Of a stretch of DNA of 64,000 nt, positions 26,821 through 36,021 are shown piece by piece (within the stretch, counting starts at the first letter, position 1; each line of letters begins with the position of its first letter). Position numbers and translations under genes: made by a program. Origin of the DNA: an uncultured archaeon (lineage in GTDB: Archaea; Thermoplasmatota; Penumbrarchaeia; JASLWR01); NCBI GenBank assembly GCA_964423515.1, contig CAYRFL010000007.1, positions 1,448 through 65,447 of the forward strand. Direction: 5' to 3'. Under the pieces are notes generated by a model that saw only the letters and a list, made by a program, of their open reading frames with translations, was not told where the DNA came from and searched no databases.

Positions 26821-29800
26821 CCCGACAACATCGCGATATTCCTGGGAAGGTCGAGAAAGGGGAAGAAACACTCCATCGTAGCCTTCACGGTGAGAGGAAA
26901 GCAGTATATGAGGCCCAGATACGTTTCAAAGAAAAAGATAAACTGGCCTGACGTGAAGGATGAGCTCTATGATACGTTCCGTTTGACGGAATCCCTCAGG
27001 GACATTATCAGAAACTTGCGTGGAAAGAAGGGGGGTGGAGGAAAAGGAGCGGAGGGGGGGGTATCCGGCAGGAGATTTAAGATCCTGAAGATATCGGGAA
27101 AGCATGTCATTCCCAAACATACCTCGGCCAGGGAAATATGGCTTGCATCCAATTCGATGAAGACCGCAAGTCCCGGGAAGTTGGCCTCCAATTATCTGGG
27201 CTCCCAATCGGTGAGCTCGGGACAGTTGGAGAGGATCGGGGCCATCGTTCGAAGCAGCATGGATGACGGGCTTCCCTACTTCAGGCGGGCCAGAAAAAAT
27301 AGAACTGAATTCGAAATGATGAGCAAGGAGGAATACACAGCCATAAACGACGATATCAAGGCTCTCTACAGATTGAGAAGCGAGCTCGAAGGATACAAGG
27401 TGGGGAAAGGAGAAAGACTGTTCCCATCGGTCCACCCAGCTGAGATGTCTCTTGAGAAGTGCTTTATGGTGTTTTCGGATTTCGATAGTGGCACCGATGG
27501 ACGACATTCCGGGATCATGAGCTCCATTTGCAGATGGACCGAGGAATTCATCAGACATGACGGATGGATAGGTCCCGTGGGTCTGGGCGGAACGAAGGTA
27601 CTGAAAATGGAAGAGTTCGACCTCGATCCCTTTCTTCGGGATATGGCCGGAACAGTGACGAACCTCAAGAAATGTTCCCATACGACCCTGTTCACTGCAT
27701 TTCTCATAGCACTTGGTTTATGGACGAAGGAGAGGGCAATGAGGGTATACATGCAGAGGTTCGTGGAAACCGGTATATTCGATTTCAAGCTCAAATATCC
27801 CAAGATTGCCCACCGGGATGCAATGTTTCGCCGACGGGAAGTTGGGATACTGGAAGTTGGCGAAGAGGGGGCAGCATATCGAGAGTCGGAGAACCCATCT
27901 TATGATGATGAGAGCGGATCTGCGAACGAGGGAGCAGCATATCGAGAGTCGGAGAATCCATCTTATGATGAAGAGAGCGGATCTGCGAACGAGGGAGCAG
28001 CATATCGAGAGTCGGAGAATCCATCTTATGATGAAGAGAGCGGATCTGCGAACGAGGGAGCAGGCTATCATTGTAGGCAGAATAGAAGGAACCTGAGAGA
28101 CCTGTTTACCGTAACCGTGGACCCGCACGATGCAAAGGATTTCGATGATGCTATCTCCATCGTCGAGCAGGACGGACGGGCCGATCTCTATGTGCACATA
28201 GCCGATGTATCTCACTATGTGGAAAAGGATACTCCTCTGGATGATGAGGCATTGTACCGGGCGACCAGTGTGTATCTACCGGATACGGTCCTGCCAATGC
28301 TGCCCGAGATACTCAGCAATGATCTGTGCTCCCTGAGAGCCGGGGAGGACAGGCTGGCAGTGACCACTCACATGGTTTTCGACCGGGAAAGGGAGCTTGT
28401 TGATTTCGACATCTTTCCATCCCTCATTTCGGTGGATTCAAACCTATCCTACGATATGGTGCTGGAGGATTATGACGATGGAAGACAACCCTTCGCAAGA
28501 TGGATCGAGTTCAGCGAGGAACTGAGAAGGAAGCGAAAAGAGCTTCACCTACAAACGAGCGAGATGAAGATACACATCAGGGACAACGTCGTGAAGACCT
28601 CGGTGAAACGAGAGAACCCGGCCACCAGGATGATAGAGACGTTCATGGTCACCACCAATGAGGTCATAGCGATGTACATGACGGCATATACGGGCTCGCT
28701 CGCATACAGGATCCACGGCCTGCCGGACGTGGCCGACCTGGGACTCTATAACGCTATAGCCGAGAGGATGGGACTCGAGGTGGTCACTTTTGACAAGGAC
28801 ATTATAAGGAGGGAGGAGGAGAGGAAGGAGAGCAGGTCATATGAAGGATCGGGCATGAGCATCGGGGATGGGATACTTCGAACCGGTACATTGAAGATAA
28901 CGGTTGATAACGAAGTTCCCAATGAGCTGAGGGAAGTTCTAGGATTGGGAGCAGTGAACGAAAGGAACGGGGACGGAAACGAAGAATGGGATGAGAGAGG
29001 GAGCGAAGGAAGACAAAGGGGAATGAGAAAACGGGGATCGAGGGTGAGAAATGAAGCAGAGAAATATCGGCTCGAACTGCGTGATATCCTTTCCGAACGA
29101 GGGGGGGATATCGATCACTTTCATGCCGGACAGGATATGATCGGGCAGGAACAGGATATGATCGGACAGGAACAGGATATGATCGGACAGGAAAGGGGGA
29201 TGGATAGACAGGAACAAGGGATGGATGGACAAGAACGAGGGATGAAAGGGCGGGATAAATACTATGTATATAGATTGAAGCAAAGGATTGAAAAGGAGCT
29301 TTCGAAGCGCACGGATCTGACCAAAAGAGATTTCCTTCTGGATCGATTGAATGAGATCCTGGAAAGCGTTAACGGCGCCGATATGGACGAGGGATTAAGG
29401 GAGCTTCTTAACATACAGGTGCTCAGAACGCTTCAACTGGCGCTCTACAGCACCGAGAACATTGGTCATTTCGGTCTCGGTTCGAACTGCTATCTTCACT
29501 TCACATCGCCCATCAGAAGATATGCCGATCTCATGGTGCACAGGATCCTCAAGGATATCTTCAATTTGGTTGATAAGGACGGGCGCGGCGGGGTGGATCA
29601 TACTGACGAGGGATTCTGTACAATGGAGGAAGCGGAGGGAATATCCTATACAATTGAGGAAGCAGAGGGAATATCCTATACAATTGAGGAAGCAGAGGGA
29701 ATATCCTATACAATTGAGGAAGCAGACGAAATATGTGAAAGATGCTCCGATCAAGCCAGGGGAGCAGAACGCTTTGAGCGTAGCATGAATGACATATGTC

Positions 29801-30210
29801 TGCTCCTGGACGTGATTTTCGATGAGAATAAATGGTCCGCGAAGTACAGAGGGATAGTGAGCGGGATTATATCGGCAGGTGTTTTCGTAACGTTGGAGAA
29901 CAAACTCGATGGATTCATTCCTACAAGGAAATTGGCGAAAAGCGGAGTGCACATCAGCGATGATGGAACACAAATGGTATATGATGGACGAAGAAAGGAG
30001 AGAGATTGGAAAGCAAGGAAGCACTCAAAAGCAAGGAGAAAGGGGCGGAAGGGAACAAAAGTGAAAAAAGAACGAGGAGGAGGACAGGAGTGGAAAGGAG
30101 AGAGCAAAGATGCCTTTCTTTCCATAGGTGATTCCGTCATCGTTCGGGCCAAGAGATTTCTGATCGAAAGAGGACAACTGGACCTGAAACTGATCAGTAG
30201 GTTGGGTTGA
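26767..30210 (+). CDS. rnr: RNase R / RNB-family 3'-5' exoribonuclease with long N-terminal extension and repeat insertions
   Basis: RNB motifs DPHDAKDFDDAISI, YVHIADVSHYV, SVYLPDTVLPMLPEILSNDLCSL and HFGLGSNCYLHFTSPIRRYADLMVHR, with a C-terminal S1-like YRGIVSGIISAGVFVTLENKLDGFIP. Confidence 0.9.
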   Translation: MRNGQVFEFKSGTFGIEYPDNIAIFLGRSRKGKKHSIVAFTVRGKQYMRPRYVSKKKINWPDVKDELYDTFRLTESLRDIIRNLRGKKGGGGKGAEGGVSGRRFKILKISGKHVIPKHTSAREIWLASNSMKTASPGKLASNYLGSQSVSSGQLERIGAIVRSSMDDGLPYFRRARKNRTEFEMMSKEEYTAINDDIKALYRLRSELEGYKVGKGERLFPSVHPAEMSLEKCFMVFSDFDSGTDGRHSGIMSSICRWTEEFIRHDGWIGPVGLGGTKVLKMEEFDLDPFLRDMAGTVTNLKKCSHTTLFTAFLIALGLWTKERAMRVYMQRFVETGIFDFKLKYPKIAHRDAMFRRREVGILEVGEEGAAYRESENPSYDDESGSANEGAAYRESENPSYDEESGSANEGAAYRESENPSYDEESGSANEGAGYHCRQNRRNLRDLFTVTVDPHDAKDFDDAISIVEQDGRADLYVHIADVSHYVEKDTPLDDEALYRATSVYLPDTVLPMLPEILSNDLCSLRAGEDRLAVTTHMVFDRERELVDFDIFPSLISVDSNLSYDMVLEDYDDGRQPFARWIEFSEELRRKRKELHLQTSEMKIHIRDNVVKTSVKRENPATRMIETFMVTTNEVIAMYMTAYTGSLAYRIHGLPDVADLGLYNAIAERMGLEVVTFDKDIIRREEERKESRSYEGSGMSIGDGILRTGTLKITVDNEVPNELREVLGLGAVNERNGDGNEEWDERGSEGRQRGMRKRGSRVRNEAEKYRLELRDILSERGGDIDHFHAGQDMIGQEQDMIGQEQDMIGQERGMDRQEQGMDGQERGMKGRDKYYVYRLKQRIEKELSKRTDLTKRDFLLDRLNEILESVNGADMDEGLRELLNIQVLRTLQLALYSTENIGHFGLGSNCYLHFTSPIRRYADLMVHRILKDIFNLVDKDGRGGVDHTDEGFCTMEEAEGISYTIEEAEGISYTIEEAEGISYTIEEADEICERCSDQARGAERFERSMNDICLLLDVIFDENKWSAKYRGIVSGIISAGVFVTLENKLDGFIPTRKLAKSGVHISDDGTQMVYDGRRKERDWKARKHSKARRKGRKGTKVKKERGGGQEWKGESKDAFLSIGDSVIVRAKRFLIERGQLDLKLISRLG
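27865..28053 (+). repeat. 3 x 63-nt in-frame repeat (EGAAYRESENPSYD[DE]ESGSAN)
   Basis: Units start at 27865, 27928 and 27991 and are nearly identical. Confidence 0.9.
29128..29253 (+). repeat. 6 x 21-nt in-frame repeat (QEQDMIG / QERGMD variants)
   Basis: The unit GGACAGGATATGATCGGGCAG repeats with progressive divergence. Confidence 0.85.
29621..29730 (+). repeat. 3.6 x 30-nt in-frame repeat (EEAEGISYTI)
   Basis: CAATTGAGGAAGCAGAGGGAATATCCTATA is repeated. Confidence 0.9.
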
Positions 30211-30689
30211 AAAAAAGATAGAAAGAAAGGACATGTAGTTGAAACACGGGGAAGACTGGGAAATGAGGGGGGCCCCTCTGTTTCCTTTGGAATTATTATT
30301 TGGGAGGGGGAAGAAGGAGAAAAGGGGAAGGAGGGATTCTCGAGCCGAAAATCTCAGTTAAAGAATATAATACAATTAAATATAAATAAAACTAATCTTA
30401 TCATCGAATGGGAGGTTATTGTCTATTAATATAACATATATATACTTATTGTATAATATTCATAATAATTAATATAATGTTTATTTCATCTCTCTCCCCA
30501 CTCACCCTTTTTATTGCTTCCCAGTGGAAACAAGGGGGTCCCCCCTTCTATTTTTTAACAATCAAAAATAACTTCTTTTCTTCGTTTCTCTTCGTATTGT
30601 AGTAAGTTTCATCACTATAAAACCCAAAGAACGTTATTTATAAGAAGATATGGTTTTGACGCCCATCCAATTGATGGAATAATGAAGGG

Positions 30690-31973
30690 ATGATATACTT
30701 GACGCAGCTCGAAGATGCTGGAAGGGGAGTTATTACTCCGGAAATGTTGACCGTTGCCGATAACGAAGGAATGCATGTTGAAAATCTGTGTTCACTCGTA
30801 TCCCGGGGCTTCGTTGTGATACCGGCCAATATCAATCATAAGGGTCTTCGTCCCATAGGTATCGGAAAACAGCTTCGCATAAAGATTAATTCCAATATTG
30901 GCACAAGCCAGAACCGGTGTTCCATCGATAACGAGCTTGAGAAATTGAGGATCAGCATCGAAGCCGGGGCTGATACTGTCATGGACCTTTCCACCGCGGG
31001 CGATCTGGATGGGATACGCAGAACGATAATCGCCCATTCATCGATCCCGGTTGGCACCGTACCCATATATCATGTGATGGTGGAGCGTGACGAAACGGAA
31101 CATATCAGCGGAGACGATATGCTCTCGTCGGTGCGAAAGCACGCCGAGCAGGGCGTGGACTTCGTCACCGTTCATTGCGGTGTCACAGCCGATTGCATCT
31201 CCCTTCTGGACAGCAGGCTCCTGGGTGTCGTCAGCCGAGGCGGTTCATTTCTGGTCTCCTGGATGCGGATGCACGGGAAGGAAAATCCACTGTATGAGAG
31301 GTATGACGAGATCCTGGACATTGCCAGGGAATATGATGTCACCCTCAGTCTCGGCGACGGCCTTCGTCCGGGGTGCCTGCGGGATGCCACTGATGAGGCG
31401 CAACTCCACGAGCTAAGGGTACTCGGAAGCCTTGTTGAAAGGGCCAGGGAAGCGGGTGTACAGGTCATGGTGGAGGGCCCGGGCCACGTTCCGCTGGACC
31501 AGATCAGGCGCAACATCGAGCTTCAGAAGGAAATTTGCGCGGGAGCTCCCTTCTACGTGCTTGGCCCCCTGGTCACCGACGTGGCTGCCGGATACGATCA
31601 CATCGCAGGCGCCATCGGCGGGGCTCTGGCGGGATATTTCGGAGCGGATTACCTGTGTTATGTCACGCCGGCAGAGCATCTGAAGCTCCCCGAAGCACAG
31701 GACGTATGGGAGGGAGTAATGGCCTCGAGGATTGCAGCCCATGCAGCCGATATCGCAAGGGGTCTTCCGGGGGCCCGGGACTGGGACGACAGGATGTCTG
31801 CCGCAAGAGCCCGCCTTGACTGGGAAGCGCAGATACGAGAAGGAATGGATCCCAAGAAGTCGAGGCTCTACAGGGAGCAGTCCAGCATAGGGAAGGACGA
31901 CGTATGCACCATGTGCGGGAAGTACTGTGCCATCAAGCTACACAGGGCCAAGGCTCTGAAGGAAGCAGAATAG
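30690..31973 (+). CDS. thiC: phosphomethylpyrimidine synthase ThiC (short archaeal form)
   Basis: 427 aa. ITPEMLTVADNEG, KINSNIGTS, DTVMDLSTAG, VTVHCG, VSRGGS, MVEGPGHVP and the C-terminal CTMCGKYCAIK cluster motif are present. Confidence 0.95.
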   Translation: MIYLTQLEDAGRGVITPEMLTVADNEGMHVENLCSLVSRGFVVIPANINHKGLRPIGIGKQLRIKINSNIGTSQNRCSIDNELEKLRISIEAGADTVMDLSTAGDLDGIRRTIIAHSSIPVGTVPIYHVMVERDETEHISGDDMLSSVRKHAEQGVDFVTVHCGVTADCISLLDSRLLGVVSRGGSFLVSWMRMHGKENPLYERYDEILDIAREYDVTLSLGDGLRPGCLRDATDEAQLHELRVLGSLVERAREAGVQVMVEGPGHVPLDQIRRNIELQKEICAGAPFYVLGPLVTDVAAGYDHIAGAIGGALAGYFGADYLCYVTPAEHLKLPEAQDVWEGVMASRIAAHAADIARGLPGARDWDDRMSAARARLDWEAQIREGMDPKKSRLYREQSSIGKDDVCTMCGKYCAIKLHRAKALKEAE

Positions 31974-32140
31974 GCTCTAGGTCCACAGGTCCAAGACTCT
32001 GAAGGAAGGGGTCCAGGTTCAAGGCTCAGAAGGGACGTTATCAGGTTCAAGCTCGCAAGCATTAAGGACCATTTATATATTGTTTAGGTTATACCCCAGA
32101 GCAATTTGTTCCAGGTGAGAAGAGAGCAGAGGGAAAGGGC

Positions 32141-34063
32141 ATGGCCGGACGCATCTCCACTTTCTATAAAAGGTTCCCGAAGGTCTACTGGACAGCCCTT
32201 AGTTTCGAACTGCTCGAGAGAGGGGCATACTATTCCATGATGCCCATCCTGGTCGTCCATTTTTACTGGAATGTCGGATTACCGAAGGAACTATGCCTTT
32301 TACTCACTGTGTTTATGTACCCTTTCCAGTATGCAATGCCGATATTTACCAGCGCCTTGGCTGAGAAGGTCGGTTATAAACGACAGATGATCTTTGGTTT
32401 TGCAGTGCTGACCGGAGCATATATTTTCCTTTCCATTGCCTATGATAAAACAACTGCGATCATTGGAATGATGTTGATCGGATTTGGTATCGGATGCTAT
32501 AAACCACTCATATCATCGACCATCGCCAAATCGACGGATCAAAAGGACAGAAACGTCGCCTACAGCGTCTATTACTGGATAGTGAACTTTGCAGCGACCT
32601 TCTTTGCTCTGACTTGGGGATTGCTAATGTTGTTCGAGGTCATTCCGAAATCAGCATTTCCATGGATATTCAGGGTCAGTGCCATATACTTCCTGGTGAA
32701 CATAGGGGTCGCATTATTCGTCTTCACGGAGGTTCCAAGAAGCGGTCAGGTAAAGACATTGAAAGATGTGACTTCCAACATCGGTACTGCATTCAAAGAT
32801 AGAAAATTCGTTCTCATGATGCTGCTAATCGCAGGGTTCTGGGCGCTCTATTCCACCACCCTTGCCCCTTTTATCATGATCATGTACGGATACCACTTCT
32901 TACCTTTATGGCTCCCGGTAATTCTTCTGGGAGTGATCAATCCGGGTACCATTATACTATTGGGTGGACCTCTGTCAAAGTTTGCCGAGAAGATAGAATC
33001 CATCAAATTGTTGATGGGTGGAATTTTTATATATCTAATAGGTTTAACACTGATCACTTTTGGCTTGGAAATCCTGCCATTGGTCTTTGTGGGAATGATA
33101 ATCTATTCGATCGGGGAGTTCATGGTGGCTCCCGGTTACCTTGCATTTGTCTCAAAACTGGCACCCAAGGAAAAGGTATCCGCGTATATCGGATGTAATT
33201 TCCTTGCATCCTTCACAGGCATATTCGGTGGGGCTTTGATTTTCGGTCTCGTGGCCAGTATTGTTGGTGTGAACATGGCCAGGCCCCATTTCTTCTATGG
33301 CCTCCTGATGGGATTCGGTATAATTATATTAATTTTATTTATCGCATATAACAAGGCGTGGGGACAAGAAATAATTGGAAGGGCAAAGAAGATCGAGGCC
33401 ATGGAAAAATGCTGTGAGGTGGGGGATCTGGAGGATAAGACGGCGGGGAAGGAACCTTTCCTCTTTCGGATATTCGACAAGAGGCCCACTCCGTTCATAG
33501 CTGCCGCACTCATACCGATCATTCTCATTGGCACCTACACAATGGGAACGAATGTGTTCTATCCTCCCGATGATGATGACGACGGTCCCCCTCTGTTCAA
33601 CATCGAGGATTATGACCTTCTGGAGGCCCGCCCCATCGTGGTAAACGAGTATGCCACCGAGGGCCAAACCTTCGAGCATATGGAGAACATCTCGGAAAAA
33701 ATGGTAGGAAACGTGACCTTCAAGCTTACCTGGACCGACGAGCCCGATCAGGGTAGGATAGGTCCGGCGCCGTACCACGAGAACCAACCGGACAGGTTCA
33801 CGGTGGAGGTTACCGGCCCAAGCCCCGATCTCATTGACTCGGATTCCAAGTCAAATTCCTATGGACAGCAGGGAGAGATAGAGTTCACGGTAAGGGTGCC
33901 TGTTCGTAAGGATGGGGCGCTGAACGGCACCGGGGACTGGGCTATCACGATAACGGTGGAGGCGGGCGATCACATGCCCATGGGTCCGGGATTTATATTC
34001 CCTGATGAAGGCAACGATTTCACCCTCGAGATCACGTACGAGTATTACGTCAAACAGAAGTGA
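32141..34063 (+). CDS. MFS transporter, POT/PTR2 (peptide) type, with about 190-aa C-terminal soluble domain
   Basis: FELLERGAYYSMMPIL resembles the ExxERFxYYG POT motif. About 12-14 TM helices run to approx. residue 450, followed by the acidic linker PPDDDDDGPP and a beta-rich domain. Confidence 0.8.
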   Translation: MAGRISTFYKRFPKVYWTALSFELLERGAYYSMMPILVVHFYWNVGLPKELCLLLTVFMYPFQYAMPIFTSALAEKVGYKRQMIFGFAVLTGAYIFLSIAYDKTTAIIGMMLIGFGIGCYKPLISSTIAKSTDQKDRNVAYSVYYWIVNFAATFFALTWGLLMLFEVIPKSAFPWIFRVSAIYFLVNIGVALFVFTEVPRSGQVKTLKDVTSNIGTAFKDRKFVLMMLLIAGFWALYSTTLAPFIMIMYGYHFLPLWLPVILLGVINPGTIILLGGPLSKFAEKIESIKLLMGGIFIYLIGLTLITFGLEILPLVFVGMIIYSIGEFMVAPGYLAFVSKLAPKEKVSAYIGCNFLASFTGIFGGALIFGLVASIVGVNMARPHFFYGLLMGFGIIILILFIAYNKAWGQEIIGRAKKIEAMEKCCEVGDLEDKTAGKEPFLFRIFDKRPTPFIAAALIPIILIGTYTMGTNVFYPPDDDDDGPPLFNIEDYDLLEARPIVVNEYATEGQTFEHMENISEKMVGNVTFKLTWTDEPDQGRIGPAPYHENQPDRFTVEVTGPSPDLIDSDSKSNSYGQQGEIEFTVRVPVRKDGALNGTGDWAITITVEAGDHMPMGPGFIFPDEGNDFTLEITYEYYVKQK

Positions 34064-34282
34064 TCGGCTGCAACCGATCTCCTGTTTACTTCATTTTCGT
34101 TACTTCTCGGTGTATTTTTTATCTTCTAGGAATTTCAAACTAGCCAGTCGTTTACTCCTTTATATAGGCTCAGTTCCTGCTTTAGTGACCGAAGGTCGCT
34201 CATCCCGAAGGGATAATGGGGGGATGGGGGGTGGGCGGCTCCGCATTTACGTAGAAAATGTGGTTTTTCATTCCGTGGAAAA

Positions 34283-34341
34283 AATATATATACTACTGTG
34301 AAGTTTACACTACTGTTGAGTTTGCAGTACTGTGGGCAATA
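34283..34341 (+). promoter_or_regulatory. TATA-like box followed by three 17-nt direct repeats (candidate PadR operator)
   Basis: AAATATATATAC is followed by TACTACTGTGAAGTTTA (34291), CACTACTGTTGAGTTTG (34308) and CAGTACTGTGGGCAATA (34325). The block lies about 70-120 nt upstream of the operon's first ORF. Confidence 0.35.
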
Positions 34342-34408
34342 ACGTAGCTTCCTGCCGCCTGCGGCCCTGCGCCTCTGCCAACGAGAAGGAATGTGATGGG
34401 GTGATGAA

Positions 34409-34564
34409 ATGGCCGAGATGATAAGAAGTACAATGCTCCTGGCTGCCGTTACCGCGACCGGAACGCTGCTGTTTTTCAGCTCAAGGGACATTTCACTGTT
34501 GGATACACTGTTATCCACAGCCGGTAACGCTCTGTCCTCCTTCGTTAAAGGGGTGAGTTCATGA
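34409..34564 (+). CDS. small membrane protein (51 aa), translationally coupled to DUF4097 gene
   Basis: Encodes MAEMIRSTMLLAAVTATGTLLFFSS... Its TGA overlaps the ATG at 34561 as ATGA. Not in the ORF track because it is under 60 aa. Confidence 0.4.
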   Translation: MAEMIRSTMLLAAVTATGTLLFFSSRDISLLDTLLSTAGNALSSFVKGVSS

Positions 34565-35499
34565 AACAAAGACACAAACCTTTCCTGATGTTAACGCTTC
34601 TCTTGATAGTGGGCATGATAGTGTGGACCGGGGCTGCCATCTCCCTCGGTTTTCTCAAAAAGGAGACGGAGATCTTCCAGCAGACATATGAGGTGGAGAA
34701 CGGAACTTCTCTTCAGGTGATCAACAAGCATGGCAAGATCACGTTGAAGGAATGGTCCGAGGATTCTATCGAGGTCTATGCCCTGAAGAAGACGTACTGG
34801 GGAAGGGAAGAGCTGAAAAAGATAGATATCGTTGTCGATCAGGGCAGCGATTTCAAGGTCAAGACGGATTGCAACGAGAGATTTCCCTGGGTTTCCGTAC
34901 ATATCAGGATGAACATTCCGGAGAACATTACAGTGAACAGGATCGAAGCCTCGAACGGGGACATCCATCTCGAAGGGATCACGGGGGATACGACGGTCCA
35001 CACCTGCAACGGCGATATCACGATCACCGATCACACGGGCAGCATCACGGCCGATACTTCCAACGGCGACATCCGTTTGGAGGACATGACTGGCGACGTG
35101 GATGGGGAAACCTCCAACGGAGATATACGCGCGGAGAACGTTGCCGGGGTGATCTCGGCATCCTCCAGCAATGGCGCCATCACGGTCAAGGACTCCCAGG
35201 CCGTCAATAAGATAGAGACCAGCAACGGCCCGATAAGCCTGGAATTCACGAATGTGATGGAGAATGGTTGTCACATCACGACTTCCAACGGCTATGTAAA
35301 GTTATACATTTCACTGGCCCTCAATGCAGACCTCAAGGTAAAGACCTCCAATGGCGAGATAGAGCTGCACAATGATCTGACTGTGATGATCTCCAAGATA
35401 TCCGATGACCAATTGAACGGTCATCTGGGGGAAGGAGGGCCCGAGATATACGTCAGGACCAGCAACGGGGATATCGATCTGTACGGGAGGGGGATGTGA
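34561..35499 (+). CDS. DUF4097-type putative adhesin/beta-helix protein with N-terminal TM anchor
   Basis: TM helix LMLTLLLIVGMIVWTGAAISLGF, then repeated SNGDI.. units (ASNGDIHLEGITGDT, CNGDITITDHTGS, TSNGDIRLEDMTGDV, TSNGDIRAENVAG, SSNGAITVKD). Confidence 0.8.
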   Translation: MKQRHKPFLMLTLLLIVGMIVWTGAAISLGFLKKETEIFQQTYEVENGTSLQVINKHGKITLKEWSEDSIEVYALKKTYWGREELKKIDIVVDQGSDFKVKTDCNERFPWVSVHIRMNIPENITVNRIEASNGDIHLEGITGDTTVHTCNGDITITDHTGSITADTSNGDIRLEDMTGDVDGETSNGDIRAENVAGVISASSSNGAITVKDSQAVNKIETSNGPISLEFTNVMENGCHITTSNGYVKLYISLALNADLKVKTSNGEIELHNDLTVMISKISDDQLNGHLGEGGPEIYVRTSNGDIDLYGRGM

Positions 35500-35547
35500 T
35501 GATACGCGAGGAGGAAGGGGTATGACAATAAATGAGGAGGAAGGGGT

Positions 35548-36021
35548 ATGAAAATGGAAAATAATGCAGGCAAGGCCAGATCCGGAGTAAGGACCAGATT
35601 CATGTCCGGAAATGGACTGCTCACGGCCATACTCGTCGGAATGGTACATAAGGGTGTGCCCCCCAGGAAGAGGGATGCCAAGTTCGAGAAGGACGTGATC
35701 ACCGGATTGATATCGCTCATACTGCTGGCGATAACGGCCAAATCCGGAAAGCCCATGTACGGTTATCAGATAGCCCAGCAGATGAAGAGCGACGAGAGTA
35801 CCGCCATCGAGCTGAAGCAGGGAACCATCTACCCCGTCCTGCGCTCCCTGGAGAAGAAGGGTCTTCTCAGAAGTGAGATAAAGGCATCGAGCTCGGGGCC
35901 CGCCCGGAAGTACTACAGCATCACATCCCAGGGAAAGCAGAAACTGGGAGTATGGACGGATACGTGGATGAGGACCAGGAAATTCGTCGATAAAGTGTTG
36001 GAGGGTGGTATAAATGGATAG
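35548..36021 (+). CDS. PadR-family transcriptional regulator
   Basis: YGYQIAQQMKSDESTAIELKQGTIYPVLRSLEKKGLLRSE...ARKYYSITSQGKQKL fits the family. The true start may lie further downstream. Confidence 0.85.
   Translation: MKMENNAGKARSGVRTRFMSGNGLLTAILVGMVHKGVPPRKRDAKFEKDVITGLISLILLAITAKSGKPMYGYQIAQQMKSDESTAIELKQGTIYPVLRSLEKKGLLRSEIKASSSGPARKYYSITSQGKQKLGVWTDTWMRTRKFVDKVLEGGING

Noticed and set aside
30211-30689. TPP riboswitch upstream of thiC.
   Set aside because: The conserved CTGAGA and pyrimidine-sensor helix sequences are absent on the coding strand. The only CTGAGA is on the opposite strand.
34135-34575. A 146-aa minus-strand ORF.
   Set aside because: It runs antisense through the TATA/direct-repeat promoter and the small coupled ORF of the PadR operon. 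It has no motifs and is likely spurious.
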